A stretch of 64,000 nt of DNA, taken from Methanobacteriota archaeon. Its GTDB lineage: Archaea > Thermoplasmatota > Thermoplasmata > SG8-5 > DAIRED01. Position 1 is the first letter of the stretch; each line of letters opens with the position of its first letter. The notes under the pieces are model-generated. The model ran no database searches and was not told the origin of the DNA. It was given only the letters and a program-made list of their open reading frames with translations. Where the stretch lies: contig JAZDNO010000006.1 in NCBI GenBank assembly GCA_043799545.1, positions 3,413-67,412 on the forward strand, in the 5' to 3' direction. Position numbers and translations under genes: made by a program. Positions 17,156 to 26,936 of the stretch are shown here, piece after piece.

Positions 17156-18295
17156 TTACCTGCGCCACCTGTCGCGAATTGTGCCGATGTCTGGTTTGCT
17201 TCGGCGCTGAAGGGCGTAGCCGACAACCAGCACCGAGAGGCCGACGACAATTTGGATGAAAATGTCCTGGTCTTCCGGAGCGTTCGGAAGCCCGATAAGC
17301 CTTTCCAGATAGTTCATCGCGGCAACTGACAGGAACGTGAGGCCGACGATCGAAATGCTCACCCCCCAGAACGTTGGGGGGATGTTGTCCCGCATGACTA
17401 CGGCATTCACAGCTTTTCTCGATTCGAGCACTACCGCCGCCGCTCCGAACCACAAGGCGCTGGCGGACAGGAACTCGACTCCCCTGGTGAACCAACCTTC
17501 ATATTGCGAGTCGAGGGGCTTGGTCGATTCCTCAAACCCATTGGCAAGACCCGTTGCGAAAATTAGAATAGTTCCGATGTAGAACACTAGGGAGAGGTCG
17601 CCGGCATAAACGGAATCCCTGGTTTTTTTGGCCCCTATGACTATCGCGTCTCCGACGGCGTAGGTGCGCCAGAGAACGTAAATCCCTATCAGAACCGAGA
17701 GCGTCGGCAGCGCGTAGGATGTCACCGAACCCAAATACCCGGAGCCGTTCCACAGGTAGGCCAGGACCGGATACAGGTAGAAGAGCCCCACGAGGATGAA
17801 TGCCAGCGACAGCGGAGCGATTATCTTCGTCCTCAGCTTGGTATCGCGGGCGGCCTTTACGATGTAATAATACCAATTCTCCAGTTCCTTGCTTTGCTTC
17901 ACGTAAACGTCGTGGACGTGGTCTATCTTCAGGCGGCTGGACACCATCGGGAAGATGAACTCGTCCTCGGCCCCGTTGCTCACAAGGATGGCGTTGTTGG
18001 GATTGACGACCTCCATCACCTCCTCGAGCTGGCGCATCAGAGCGCGGTCAGATTTGTATCCGACATCCGCGTCGCCGCAGATAGTCGCAACCTCTACGTT
18101 CTCCCCGTCCTTTACCATCCGGTCATAGAGTTTTATTGCTGCCAAGACCGTGTTCGTGTCCGCATCTTCCGGGTCGGCGAGGCCTAAGGCCAGGGCGGCC
18201 CTGACGTTCTCCTCCCTCCCGATTATCGGTCCCTCGACCCCTCCCTTGACTCCAAGGTCGTCGTCGCGGTCTATGCAGAGAATAACTGTCTTCAT
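17156..18295 (-). CDS. archaeal polytopic membrane protein: N-terminal soluble domain plus ~8 TM helices (DUF373-like)
   Basis: N-terminal conserved start MKTVILCIDRDDDLG, then multiple TM helices. Resembles the archaea-specific DUF373 family. Confidence 0.5.
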   Translation of the reverse strand: MKTVILCIDRDDDLGVKGGVEGPIIGREENVRAALALGLADPEDADTNTVLAAIKLYDRMVKDGENVEVATICGDADVGYKSDRALMRQLEEVMEVVNPNNAILVSNGAEDEFIFPMVSSRLKIDHVHDVYVKQSKELENWYYYIVKAARDTKLRTKIIAPLSLAFILVGLFYLYPVLAYLWNGSGYLGSVTSYALPTLSVLIGIYVLWRTYAVGDAIVIGAKKTRDSVYAGDLSLVFYIGTILIFATGLANGFEESTKPLDSQYEGWFTRGVEFLSASALWFGAAAVVLESRKAVNAVVMRDNIPPTFWGVSISIVGLTFLSVAAMNYLERLIGLPNAPEDQDIFIQIVVGLSVLVVGYALQRRSKPDIGTIRDRWRR

Positions 18296-18437
18296 GTTTT
18301 CAGACCTTTATATATATCAGAAGATATTAAAGTTATGCAACGAAAAGTAAATTCACCATGCAGGCGTAGAGATTCACCATTTCCCTTTCGCCCCACCGCC
18401 GCCCGAGCGCCCCCCGCCCAACGGTTATCAGGACATC

Positions 18438-18448
18438 GGGTCCGCCCG
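18438..18448 (-). repeat. partial direct repeat of the tRNA-Pro 3' end (CGGGCGGACCC on the tRNA strand), ~80 nt downstream of the tRNA
   Basis: 11-nt exact copy of the tRNA-Pro acceptor/T-arm 3' segment plus flanking partial matches (TTTAAAC versus ATTTGAAC). Confidence 0.6.
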
Positions 18449-18530
18449 TTTAAACAGGCTGTCCCGACCAAAACGAATTTATGCTGGCTACCCCTTTTAG
18501 GGGTGGCGTAAGCTTTAAATAAAGTAAAAG

Positions 18531-18605
18531 TGGGTCCGCCCGGATTTGAACCGGGGTCTGAGCGTCCCGAACGCCCAAGTATAGACCAAGCTAGCCCACG
18601 GACCC
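18531..18605 (-). tRNA. tRNA-Pro(CGG)
   Basis: Minus-strand fold. Acceptor GGGTCCG/CGGACCC. Anticodon arm GGGCG-TTCGGGA-CGCTC. T-arm CCCGG-TTCAAAT-CCGGG. Discriminator A. The D-arm pairs weakly (GGCT/ATAC). Confidence 0.7.
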
Positions 18606-18712
18606 ATTGGAACGGGCGCGAATATGGCCAAGGGGTTAATAAACCTCGCCCTCGGCAGCTTTTTATTCCATCGTGCGGATGGCGGGTCGTGATAGAGCGC
18701 CTCAGGGAAAAG

Positions 18713-19369
18713 ATGGCTGGGGAGATAGCCCTCTCCGAAGACCCTGGAAAGACAATACGCAAGTGGCGCGAGACTTTCCACATCTCGCAGCAGGACGTGG
18801 CGAGGCACCTCCGCGTTTCCCCCTCGGTTGTGAGCGATTACGAATCCGGGAGGCGCAGGTCCCCCGGGGTGTCGACGGTCCGAAAGATAATCGACGCCAT
18901 AATCGAGCTAGACAAGGCTTCGGGGAGCCCCGTGGCGAAACAATTCGAAACATCGGACAAGCACGAGGCCGTCATGAGCATCCGCGAGTTCCACGTCGGA
19001 ATTCCGGCATCGGTCTTTATGAAGGAAATCGGTGGAAGGAACATAGCCAAGGATGTCAGCCTAATCAGGACGATACACGGCTTCACAGTCATCGACAGCC
19101 TGCGGGCGATAACTTCGCTGGCCTCCGCCGATTACCTGAAGATTTACGGGTGGAGCAGCGAGAGGGCGCTCCTTTTCACAGGCGTCAAATACGGGCGCAG
19201 CCCGATGATAGCAATACGCGCGCACCCGCTCAAGCCCGCGATGGTGGTTTACGTCCAGCCGGAGCAGGTCGACGAGCTCGCGATTAGGTTGGCAACCCTA
19301 GAAGGGATACCCCTTGTCACGACCCAGATGCCCGTCCAGGAGCTCATTTCGAAGCTGGAATCTATGTGA
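18713..19369 (+). CDS. XRE-type HTH transcriptional regulator with C-terminal ~150-aa domain (COG1395-like)
   Basis: HTH segment TIRKWRETFHISQQDVARHLRVSPSVVSDYESGRR. Start set at 18713 (GTG alternative at 18689); the longest ORF overlaps tRNA-Pro. Confidence 0.6.
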   Translation: MAGEIALSEDPGKTIRKWRETFHISQQDVARHLRVSPSVVSDYESGRRRSPGVSTVRKIIDAIIELDKASGSPVAKQFETSDKHEAVMSIREFHVGIPASVFMKEIGGRNIAKDVSLIRTIHGFTVIDSLRAITSLASADYLKIYGWSSERALLFTGVKYGRSPMIAIRAHPLKPAMVVYVQPEQVDELAIRLATLEGIPLVTTQMPVQELISKLESM

Positions 19370-19667
19370 ATAGGTTTTTATACTGAAGAGGTCTCTTTGA
19401 AATGCCCGCGCCACGAAGAATGTGCTGACACGTGATGCACATGGCAAGGCGAGGGGCGACACGAGCGCTCATATGGGTCCTTCGGAGAGACCGGCGGGAC
19501 GCCGAGCTATGATCCGACGACAACCCGGGCGCCCGACAAACCCCCGCTAATGGGTTATGTCCGCGGAGAGAGCTAAGCTTCCTATGAAGCGGAACGTTAG
19601 TGGCGGGGGACATTTTCCATCACTATTTATGGAGTTTCATTTTTAATACTTCGATGGCATCGCCCCG

Positions 19668-20849
19668 TTGATGAACCGCGACTCCAGGCTCCTCACTGCT
19701 GTGGGGCTGTACCACTTCGCCAACGATGGCGCGCTAGCGGTCCTGCCTCTCGTGCTTCCGGTCATCAAGCTGAAGTTCGGCCTGACCTACACGGACATCG
19801 GCACGCTCACCGCCGCCGGGCTCGTCGCGACGCTGCTCGTCCAGCTGATGGTCAGCCAGTTCGCCCACAGATTCAGGGCGGTCCGGTCCCTGACGATAGG
19901 CATGGCCACGATGTTCATGTTCGCGGTAATGCTGGTTTTCGTGTGGAGCTACGCGTCACTGCTGGTATTCGTGATAGGGATGCGCATCGGAGCAGCAGTC
20001 TACCATCCCATCGGTTTGGCGCTCGTCGCCAGCAGGTTCGGCAACGGCAAGATAGACATGGCGATGGGCATTCAGAGCAGCCTGGGCGACATGGGGGTTT
20101 TCCTCGCATTTATCACCACTGGAGCGCTCGGTGCGATATTCGACTGGCAGAGCTCCTTCGCTCTGTGGGGCGCGATATGCCTCGCGGCGGCAATTGTGGG
20201 AATCGCGCTTAAAATGGGAACAGACGAGGATTCGCAAATCGGCAGGACGGTCGCACACAACGACCTCTCCTGGCGCGAGGCGTTGAAGCGGATCGGCATA
20301 CTCATCGTGCCGTTGACTGTGGGCGGCGCTGGGTACAACATCATCATCAACTACGCCCCGCTCATGTTGCAGGATTTGTACGGACTCGAAATCGGGCAGT
20401 ACGCGCTGGCGATAGCCCTCTGGGTGGGGACGGGCGCGGCCTTCACCTTGATATTCGGGCGCATCACCTCCCGGGTCGGACGGGGGAAGGCCATAATGGC
20501 CTCTTACGTGCTAGTGCTCGTCTCGGGATTGCTGGTATGGGCCGTAGATTCTCTGTGGATGGCGGTGCTGGCAATGTTCCTGTACGGAGTGGGGTTGTTC
20601 ATGACTTATCCGGCGCTCTTCGCTTACATCACGGAGATGACTGGCGGAAAACGATCGGAGCGCGCGTTCGGCATAGTATTCACGGCGCAGTTGACTGGCG
20701 GTTTCGTCTTCTCATTCATCTGCGGCGTGCTATCCGACATGTACGACATCAAAACGCCGTTCGTGGTCCTGAGCGCGATAGCCGCCGTCGCGCTCGCGGT
20801 CACCGCGTATTACCTGGCAACGGTGAAGGCGACGCCCGCAACCGCCTGA
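19668..20849 (+). CDS. major facilitator superfamily (MFS) transporter
   Basis: 12 predicted TM helices in a 6+6 arrangement with the conserved loop 2-3 region. Confidence 0.75.
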   Translation: MMNRDSRLLTAVGLYHFANDGALAVLPLVLPVIKLKFGLTYTDIGTLTAAGLVATLLVQLMVSQFAHRFRAVRSLTIGMATMFMFAVMLVFVWSYASLLVFVIGMRIGAAVYHPIGLALVASRFGNGKIDMAMGIQSSLGDMGVFLAFITTGALGAIFDWQSSFALWGAICLAAAIVGIALKMGTDEDSQIGRTVAHNDLSWREALKRIGILIVPLTVGGAGYNIIINYAPLMLQDLYGLEIGQYALAIALWVGTGAAFTLIFGRITSRVGRGKAIMASYVLVLVSGLLVWAVDSLWMAVLAMFLYGVGLFMTYPALFAYITEMTGGKRSERAFGIVFTAQLTGGFVFSFICGVLSDMYDIKTPFVVLSAIAAVALAVTAYYLATVKATPATA

Positions 20850-20861
20850 GCTTGTTAGGCG

Positions 20862-21515
20862 CTATTCGACCCTGACCTTCAGCACTCCTATGCTCTCTAT
20901 CCCCGCCTCGACGATATCGCTGGGCTTTATTGGGCCGACCCCTTCCGGCGTACCGGTTGCGACGATGTCGCCCGGCTCCAGGGTCATGATGTGCGAGACG
21001 TACTCGACAACGTTCGGAATATCGAAAATCATCTGCGAGGTATTCCCCTGCTGGCGGTACTGCCCGTTGACCTTCAGCCAGATTTCCAGCTTGTGCGGGT
21101 CCGGAACGCGCTCGGCAGGCACCGCGTCGGAGATGGGGGCGAAGGTGTCGAAACCCTTTGCGGCAGCCCAGGGCCGCCCCTCTTTCTTCGCCTCCTCCTG
21201 TATGTCCCGCGCGGTCACGTCCACAAGCACGGCGTATGCCGAGACGTGTTCCATGGCGCGAGATTTCTGCACATTGCGTGCTGTTTTGCCAATGATTGCC
21301 GCCAGCTCCACCTCGTGATGGACGTTCTTCGATTGATTCGGGATGACGATGGCCCCTCCGTCGTGGACGATGGAAGTCGAAGGCTTGAGGAAAAAAAACG
21401 GCTCTTTCGGTGGCGCGGACTTCATCTCCGCCGCGTGAGCCCGGTAGTTCCTCAGGAGGCATACGATTTTCCCGACCCTCACTTCCCCCGCGCCAGCGAT
21501 AATAATCGAAGCCAT
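20862..21515 (-). CDS. fumarylacetoacetate hydrolase (FAH) family protein
   Basis: Metal-binding and catalytic region KNVHHEVELAAIIGK...KGFDTFAPI...PGDIVATGTPEGVG. Confidence 0.8.
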   Translation of the reverse strand: MASIIIAGAGEVRVGKIVCLLRNYRAHAAEMKSAPPKEPFFFLKPSTSIVHDGGAIVIPNQSKNVHHEVELAAIIGKTARNVQKSRAMEHVSAYAVLVDVTARDIQEEAKKEGRPWAAAKGFDTFAPISDAVPAERVPDPHKLEIWLKVNGQYRQQGNTSQMIFDIPNVVEYVSHIMTLEPGDIVATGTPEGVGPIKPSDIVEAGIESIGVLKVRVE

Positions 21516-21581
21516 GAGCCCGAATCTCCGCTCCGGTACTTAACGGAAACGGTTATCTGCATCGAAGCGCTTGCCTGAGCG

Positions 21582-22661
21582 ATGGACCCTTTCCGGCTCG
21601 CAAGGTACCCCTTCCTCTCCGAGGCCAGGCAGTACATCCTGGCTCAGGGGATGGAGCTCGAGGACCTTGTCGGCGGCGCCGCGCTAGGTCGGGCGCGCGA
21701 CCGGGGCGAGCGCCGCGTCATGGAGGCGATAGAACAGGGTGCCGTCCAGCAATCTCCCATCATGAGCGAGACCGACGCCCTGGCGGAACTCTTCTCGTAT
21801 CCAATCGCGAGGATGCTGGTAAGCTGCGCCGGAGACGGCTACCTCGTCACCCGTTACGCTCTGGCCGAAGCCGTCCACGCATCAGCTCAGCTGGCGAGAG
21901 AGGATTTGGAAGACGTGATTGCCGCGGCGCAGGATTTGGGCATGGACGCAGAGGCCGGTAATGGGGGCCCGACAGTCCATTTTACCGATTTTCTGGCATA
22001 TTCCGCGCAGATGCGCAGCCCGGAATGGAAGCTGTCCAACCAGGACTTGAGGTGTGGGAGGGCGCTGGTGTCGAGGGACCGTCTCGTGAGGCTGTGCCAG
22101 CAAGCACTTCAGGAAAAGCTGGAAAGCGAGCTGCCGCTTCCCGTGACTGAGCAGATTACGAAGGCCTTCGAGGCGCCGGTCGGTCGAGTCAAGGAGCTGC
22201 TGGAGCAGAAGCGGAAGGAGATAAAGCCTCAGGAGATGGGGCGAGTCAGCTTCCTCCGCATGCCGCCGTGCATGAAAGCGTATGTCAGACTCGTGGAGCA
22301 GGGGAAGAACATCCCGCACAGCGCCCGCTTCGCCCTCGTTGCGTTTCTGCACGCCATCGGAATGGGCAACGACGACATCGTAGCAATCTTCGCTACGTCT
22401 CCGGATTTCAACGAGCACATGACGCGCTACCAGGTGGACCACATCAGCGGAGTGACGTCCGGCGTGGAGTACCTCCCACCGGAGTGCTCCACGATGAAGT
22501 CCTACGGTATCTGCATCGAACCGGACTCGCTCTGCTCGAAGCCGTGGATGCAGCACCCGTTATCGTATTACCGGGTCAAGGGAAAGCCCAGGGGCGGTCC
22601 GACAAAGCCGAAGGCAGTACAGAAGAGAGCCTCGGAAAAGAGAGAGCTGGCGGAGAAGTGA
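21582..22661 (+). CDS. priL: DNA primase large subunit PriL with C-terminal Fe-S domain
   Basis: HSARFALVAFLHAIGM motif. C-terminal cysteines CMKAY...C...C...C for the 4Fe-4S cluster. Confidence 0.75.
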   Translation: MDPFRLARYPFLSEARQYILAQGMELEDLVGGAALGRARDRGERRVMEAIEQGAVQQSPIMSETDALAELFSYPIARMLVSCAGDGYLVTRYALAEAVHASAQLAREDLEDVIAAAQDLGMDAEAGNGGPTVHFTDFLAYSAQMRSPEWKLSNQDLRCGRALVSRDRLVRLCQQALQEKLESELPLPVTEQITKAFEAPVGRVKELLEQKRKEIKPQEMGRVSFLRMPPCMKAYVRLVEQGKNIPHSARFALVAFLHAIGMGNDDIVAIFATSPDFNEHMTRYQVDHISGVTSGVEYLPPECSTMKSYGICIEPDSLCSKPWMQHPLSYYRVKGKPRGGPTKPKAVQKRASEKRELAEK

Positions 22662-22737
22662 CGGGAAAGAAGGGCACCGGGGATTCATGGGGTGTCAGTA
22701 ACGGTTTTGATAAATTCCGGACTGCCTGCCCGTCAGG

Positions 22738-23382
22738 CTACTTCGTTTCCAGCCCTTTCCATATCCTCATCGCCCTCTGGATGGCCGTCAAGTTTCCGGC
22801 CACGGCGAACCAGATGAGCATCAGCTCGATGAGGTTCAGCGGGAAAAGCCATGGAAGTGGGAGCTCCAGATTGATGCCTATAGTCACTAGGGTGAAATGG
22901 AGGAACGGAACCATGACGAGGAGCACGAGCCTGTCCGCGCGGCCCAGAACCCCCCCGTAATCGCGCTTGACCCCGAGCGCCTGAGCCTGCGTGCCCATGT
23001 AGCTCGTCAGGAACACGCCCATGAGGGCCAGTAGGCCGAGGGACAGGTGCCGCGAATAGGGGCTGAGCATTATCCCGCCCAGCATGAAGAAGTCCGCATA
23101 GCGGTCGACGACGTGGTCCAGAAGGTCGCCGCGCGCCGACGCCAGCCCGGACATCTTGGCCAGCTTTCCATCGAGAGCGTCCAGCACGCCGTTCATGGCG
23201 ACGAAGACCGCGCCGACGAACAGCCAGTACACCCCATAAACGCTCGCCGCAAAGCAGACTCCCGCGAATATCGCGCAGCCCAGCGAGCTCCACGTGAGCG
23301 TGTCCGGGTGAGTGTCGCCCATGGCCTTCGCCATCGGGTCCAGGACTGCATCGGCGTCCTTTCGGTACTCGTCTAGTACCAA
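22738..23382 (-). CDS. CDP-alcohol phosphatidyltransferase; candidate archaetidylinositol-phosphate / archaetidylserine synthase
   Basis: D-G-x2-A-R-x8-G-x3-D-x3-D motif present as DALDGKLAKMSGLASARGDLLDHVVDRYAD. Six TM helices. Confidence 0.75.
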   Translation of the reverse strand: MVLDEYRKDADAVLDPMAKAMGDTHPDTLTWSSLGCAIFAGVCFAASVYGVYWLFVGAVFVAMNGVLDALDGKLAKMSGLASARGDLLDHVVDRYADFFMLGGIMLSPYSRHLSLGLLALMGVFLTSYMGTQAQALGVKRDYGGVLGRADRLVLLVMVPFLHFTLVTIGINLELPLPWLFPLNLIELMLIWFAVAGNLTAIQRAMRIWKGLETK

Positions 23383-23942
23383 GAGAGCACCTCCGCGCTC
23401 CAGTCAACCTGGCCGGGTCTAAAATCCTTAGTGTCGCCGGAGATTATCCGCTCGATGTCGCTGGCCACGCGCGAGGCCTTTTTGCGCGTGGCATTAATCT
23501 CGCTTGTGCGGGCGCAGGCGTCCAGAGCTTCCATCAGGACCAGGTCTATGGCCTCGGCCTCGATGTTGTCGCGAAGCTTCCTATCGGAATATCCGCGCCC
23601 GGCCAGCCGCTCGGAGAGGACCTTGGGGGAGCACCGCAGAACTATGCAAAGGTCGGGGCGGAGGTGATGGCTCAGGTGACCTTCCACTATGGCGAAAGGC
23701 TCCGCCTTGCGAAGATCGTCCATGCAGCCAGCCAGTTTTTCCACATCCACGGTAAGTTCGCCCCGCTTGCGACCGGAAACAGCCTTGCGCTCCTCGGCCA
23801 GACCAGCGACGTCCCTGACACTGCGACCATGCAACCTCAACATGTCGCACGCAGTCGTCTTTCCCGTTCCGGGGGTTCCTGTCACGGCTACCAACACGCC
23901 GGGTGATTCCCTCCGGAGGTTTAAAAACCCTTCCCTGCACAA
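23373..23942 (-). CDS. Fap7 / adenylate kinase 6-like P-loop NTPase
   Basis: Walker A VAVTGTPGTGKTT and downstream AIVEGHLSH. Overlaps the downstream gene by 10 nt. Confidence 0.6.
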   Translation of the reverse strand: MCREGFLNLRRESPGVLVAVTGTPGTGKTTACDMLRLHGRSVRDVAGLAEERKAVSGRKRGELTVDVEKLAGCMDDLRKAEPFAIVEGHLSHHLRPDLCIVLRCSPKVLSERLAGRGYSDRKLRDNIEAEAIDLVLMEALDACARTSEINATRKKASRVASDIERIISGDTKDFRPGQVDWSAEVLSWY

Positions 23943-23954
23943 CCCCCTTTCTCG

Positions 23955-24030
23955 CTTCGCTGCGCTGAAACGCTTTCTTTGGCCCTCGCTGCGCTGGATG
24001 AGCCCTCACAAAGAAAGCATTTGGAGCAAA
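23955..24030. promoter_or_regulatory. divergent-promoter repeat structure: inverted repeat GCTTTCTTTGG (23972..23982) / CAAAGAAAGC (24009..24018) plus direct repeat TCGCTGCGCTG x2
   Basis: Read directly in the 280-nt spacer between divergent genes. The same GCTTTCTTTGG motif recurs at 63391 and 63469. Confidence 0.4.
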
Positions 24031-24223
24031 GAAACTCGGGCCATTCGAAGGTGGCGGAGTCACCGAGACACGGGCTTTGACAAAATGCATGGCTAGCCCA
24101 GTGCCAGCTCGGCTCGACCGTGCCTGTCTTTTCGCTGGGCGGGGGCAGAGGTGCAGCCTACTAACGCCTCAATTTTGGTCGCCCTCCCAAAGATTATATA
24201 TTGCGCGAGTCATCACACATCCG

Positions 24224-25372
24224 ATGGCGAAGGTTCTGATGTTGCTGACGAACCCCTTCAGGCCCGACCCAAGGGTCCACAAAGAGGGTAAAGCACTCGT
24301 CGCAGCCGGGCATCAGGTCAAAATACTGGCGTGGGACCGCCCCGGCGGAGCTCCGAGCAAGGAGGGTGTGGACGGCATCCAATTACATCGCTTCGGGCCC
24401 CCATCCGGGTGGGGGGCGACGATGTCGGTCGTCCCGGGCATGACTCTTTTCTGGGGGCGCGCGGCACTGGCAGCCCTTTCGGAAAGGCCAGATGTCGTTC
24501 ACGCCCACGATTTCGACACGCTCCCGCTGGGCTGGCTCGTTTCCAAGATATCGGGCGCAAAGCTGGTGTACGACGCGCACGAGGGCTACGCCGACATGGT
24601 TGGGCCCAGCGTTCCTCCATGGGTGGCCCGGCTCATCAACACCGGTGAGGCTCGGATGGCGCGGAAGGCAGAGCTGGTCATCGCCGTGAACGAGCTTTTC
24701 AGGGAAGAGTTCAGTTCCAAGGGCTGCGGGAACGTGGTGGTGATTGCCAACCTCCCAGAAAGTTACGGCCGCGCAGACCCCGTCAGGGTCGAGGCTTTGC
24801 GCAAGGAAATGGGCGCGGAGGGCAAGAAGCTGGTATTGTACGTGGGCGTCCTGGAGCCGCAGAGGGCGCTCGTTGATCTGGTGAATGCGGTGAGGGCTTT
24901 GCCTGCAGACGGTTACGCGCTCGCCATCGGCGGTTTCGGCACGCTCGAGGCGCAAGTGCTCAAAGCGGCGGAGGGGATGACCAACTTCAAATTCCTCGGC
25001 AGGGTTCCAGGCAATGAGATACTGGATTATTCGGCCGCCGCGGATGTCCTGTTCGCCGTATACGACCCGTCGAACCCCAACAACAGGAAGGGGGCGCCAA
25101 ACAAACTTTACGAGGCCATCCACCTCGGCAAACCCATAATCGTCGCCGAGGGCACTTTCGCCGCGAGGGAATCGGCGTTGGAGGGGATAGGCCTGCCTGT
25201 AAAATACGGCTCGGTCGAATCGATATCTGACCGGATAAAGTCGGCGGCCGTCGGCGGTGCGCCATTTCCCGCGAACCGCTCGAAGGAAGCCGGGGCGGAG
25301 CTTCGCACATGGGCCGGGATGGCCGAACGCCTCGTGAAGGCTTACGTGCGCATGCTGGAAGGTGGAAGCTGA
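24224..25372 (+). CDS. glycosyltransferase family 1 (GT4-type, retaining)
   Basis: GT-B fold signatures; C-terminal E-x7-E region LYEAIHLGKPIIVAEG. Start re-set to MAKVLMLL at 24224. Confidence 0.75.
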   Translation: MAKVLMLLTNPFRPDPRVHKEGKALVAAGHQVKILAWDRPGGAPSKEGVDGIQLHRFGPPSGWGATMSVVPGMTLFWGRAALAALSERPDVVHAHDFDTLPLGWLVSKISGAKLVYDAHEGYADMVGPSVPPWVARLINTGEARMARKAELVIAVNELFREEFSSKGCGNVVVIANLPESYGRADPVRVEALRKEMGAEGKKLVLYVGVLEPQRALVDLVNAVRALPADGYALAIGGFGTLEAQVLKAAEGMTNFKFLGRVPGNEILDYSAAADVLFAVYDPSNPNNRKGAPNKLYEAIHLGKPIIVAEGTFAARESALEGIGLPVKYGSVESISDRIKSAAVGGAPFPANRSKEAGAELRTWAGMAERLVKAYVRMLEGGS

Positions 25373-26895
25373 TGGAGGGAATGGCGCGCAAAGCCGCATT
25401 CAACATGCTGGCAAAAAGTGTCGTCACAGTGGTCACCCTCCTGAGCTTCCTCTACATGGGAAAGAACGCGGATCCGGGCGCCGTTGCGATGCTGGCTTTC
25501 GCGCTGGGTTTCGTCGGAATCTTCACGTTCGTGTCGGACCTTGGTTTCGGGGCAGCGCATGTCAAGCGGCTTTCGGAGGGGGGTGACGAGGCGAAGTGCA
25601 ATGCGACCTTCTTGTATGCCAAGCTCGCGCTGACGGGGGCGATGGTCGCGTGCGTCCTCGCGGCGGTCTTCGTCTGGGACACGGTCAACCCCGAAGGGGC
25701 ATTCAACAACCCTGAGCAGCGCTGGGCGGTCTACATCATACTGATTTACTACGCCCTTTTCTCGCTGGCCCAGGTCCCGGTGGTGACATTCAGCGGCAGG
25801 ATGGAGAGTGCGAAGCAGCAGATGCCCGAGACATTGGGCACGCTTGCCAGGGCGCCGCTCATCGTGTATGCGGTCATGGCAGGATTGGGCGCCGTGGCTC
25901 TGTCGCTTTCATACGTGGGCACGGGGCTGGTCATGCTGATCGTTGCCGCGCTTCTTTTCAGGTCTTATAAGGTGGGCCACCCGGACAGGGAGACATTCAA
26001 GAGCTACTCGGGATATGCGACGCCGATAATCCTCATACTGTTAATACTCGTTCTCAGCCAGAATCTGCCGCCCGTGCTCATCGCTTACTTCACCGGAAGC
26101 GATGTCGAGGTTGCGGGCTATTTCATGGTCCAGAGGGTGACGCTCATCTTCATACTCGTTTCTTCGTCCGTGTCGCCGATACTCTTTCCGAAATTGTCGA
26201 AGGACCACGCGTGCAAGGACATCGGGGCAATGAACGACACGTGCAAGGCGTCGGAGCGCATCATTTCGATGTACATGGTGCCGGTTGTTGCCGCGACCGC
26301 GGCACTGGCTCCGGCGCTCATTCACATCTTCCTTGCGGACACATACCTGCCCATGGCGAGCGCGCTGGTCCTCCTCGTCGCATACGCGTTCGTCACCTCG
26401 ATTGACATGACGTACGTCAACGTGCTGTACGGCATCGGCAGGCCGGACATCAACCTGCGCCTGGGCATCGTGACCGTGAGCGTGACCTTGGCTGGATTCG
26501 CCATCCTGATTCCCCGGACGTTTTTCGGGCTCACGCTCCTCGGAGGCGGGGCCACCGGAGCGGCTGCCGCGCTTCTTCTGGGCGGGTGCGCCGAGTACGC
26601 CGTGTCCAGATACTACGCTAAAAAGATGGCGGGCATCGAAAGCTATCAAAGGATATGGATTCACATCTTCGCAGGGGCGACGATGGCCGGCATACTCTAC
26701 GGGCTTCACGCGGCGCATTTGGTCGACCGCTGGTACACGCTTGCGGGGGCAAGCGCGCTGGGGCTGGGATTGTACGCAGCCATATTATGGGCCGCAAACG
26801 AGCTCAGGCGGCGCGACCTTAAATTCATCGCGGAAATCCTCAACGTCCGCAAGATGCTCTCGTACATTTCGACAGAGCTCAGGGGCAAGAAATAG
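25372..26895 (+). CDS. Wzx-like oligosaccharide flippase (MOP superfamily)
   Basis: ~12-14 TM helices. Polysaccharide-biosynthesis-protein-like N-terminus. Start overlaps the GT stop (TGATG). Confidence 0.6.
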   Translation: MEGMARKAAFNMLAKSVVTVVTLLSFLYMGKNADPGAVAMLAFALGFVGIFTFVSDLGFGAAHVKRLSEGGDEAKCNATFLYAKLALTGAMVACVLAAVFVWDTVNPEGAFNNPEQRWAVYIILIYYALFSLAQVPVVTFSGRMESAKQQMPETLGTLARAPLIVYAVMAGLGAVALSLSYVGTGLVMLIVAALLFRSYKVGHPDRETFKSYSGYATPIILILLILVLSQNLPPVLIAYFTGSDVEVAGYFMVQRVTLIFILVSSSVSPILFPKLSKDHACKDIGAMNDTCKASERIISMYMVPVVAATAALAPALIHIFLADTYLPMASALVLLVAYAFVTSIDMTYVNVLYGIGRPDINLRLGIVTVSVTLAGFAILIPRTFFGLTLLGGGATGAAAALLLGGCAEYAVSRYYAKKMAGIESYQRIWIHIFAGATMAGILYGLHAAHLVDRWYTLAGASALGLGLYAAILWAANELRRRDLKFIAEILNVRKMLSYISTELRGKK

Positions 26896-26936
26896 TATTT
26901 ATCCAAGCTCGGCATCACAAACATAGAACGGGGGGC

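Noticed and set aside
19370-19667. Possible ncRNA or riboswitch in the 300-nt GC-rich spacer upstream of the MFS transporter (minus-strand ORF 19362..19613 also present)
   Set aside because: No recognisable riboswitch, SRP RNA or RNase P signatures. The ORF has Arg/Ser-rich junk composition. Most likely just a long 5' UTR or promoter region.
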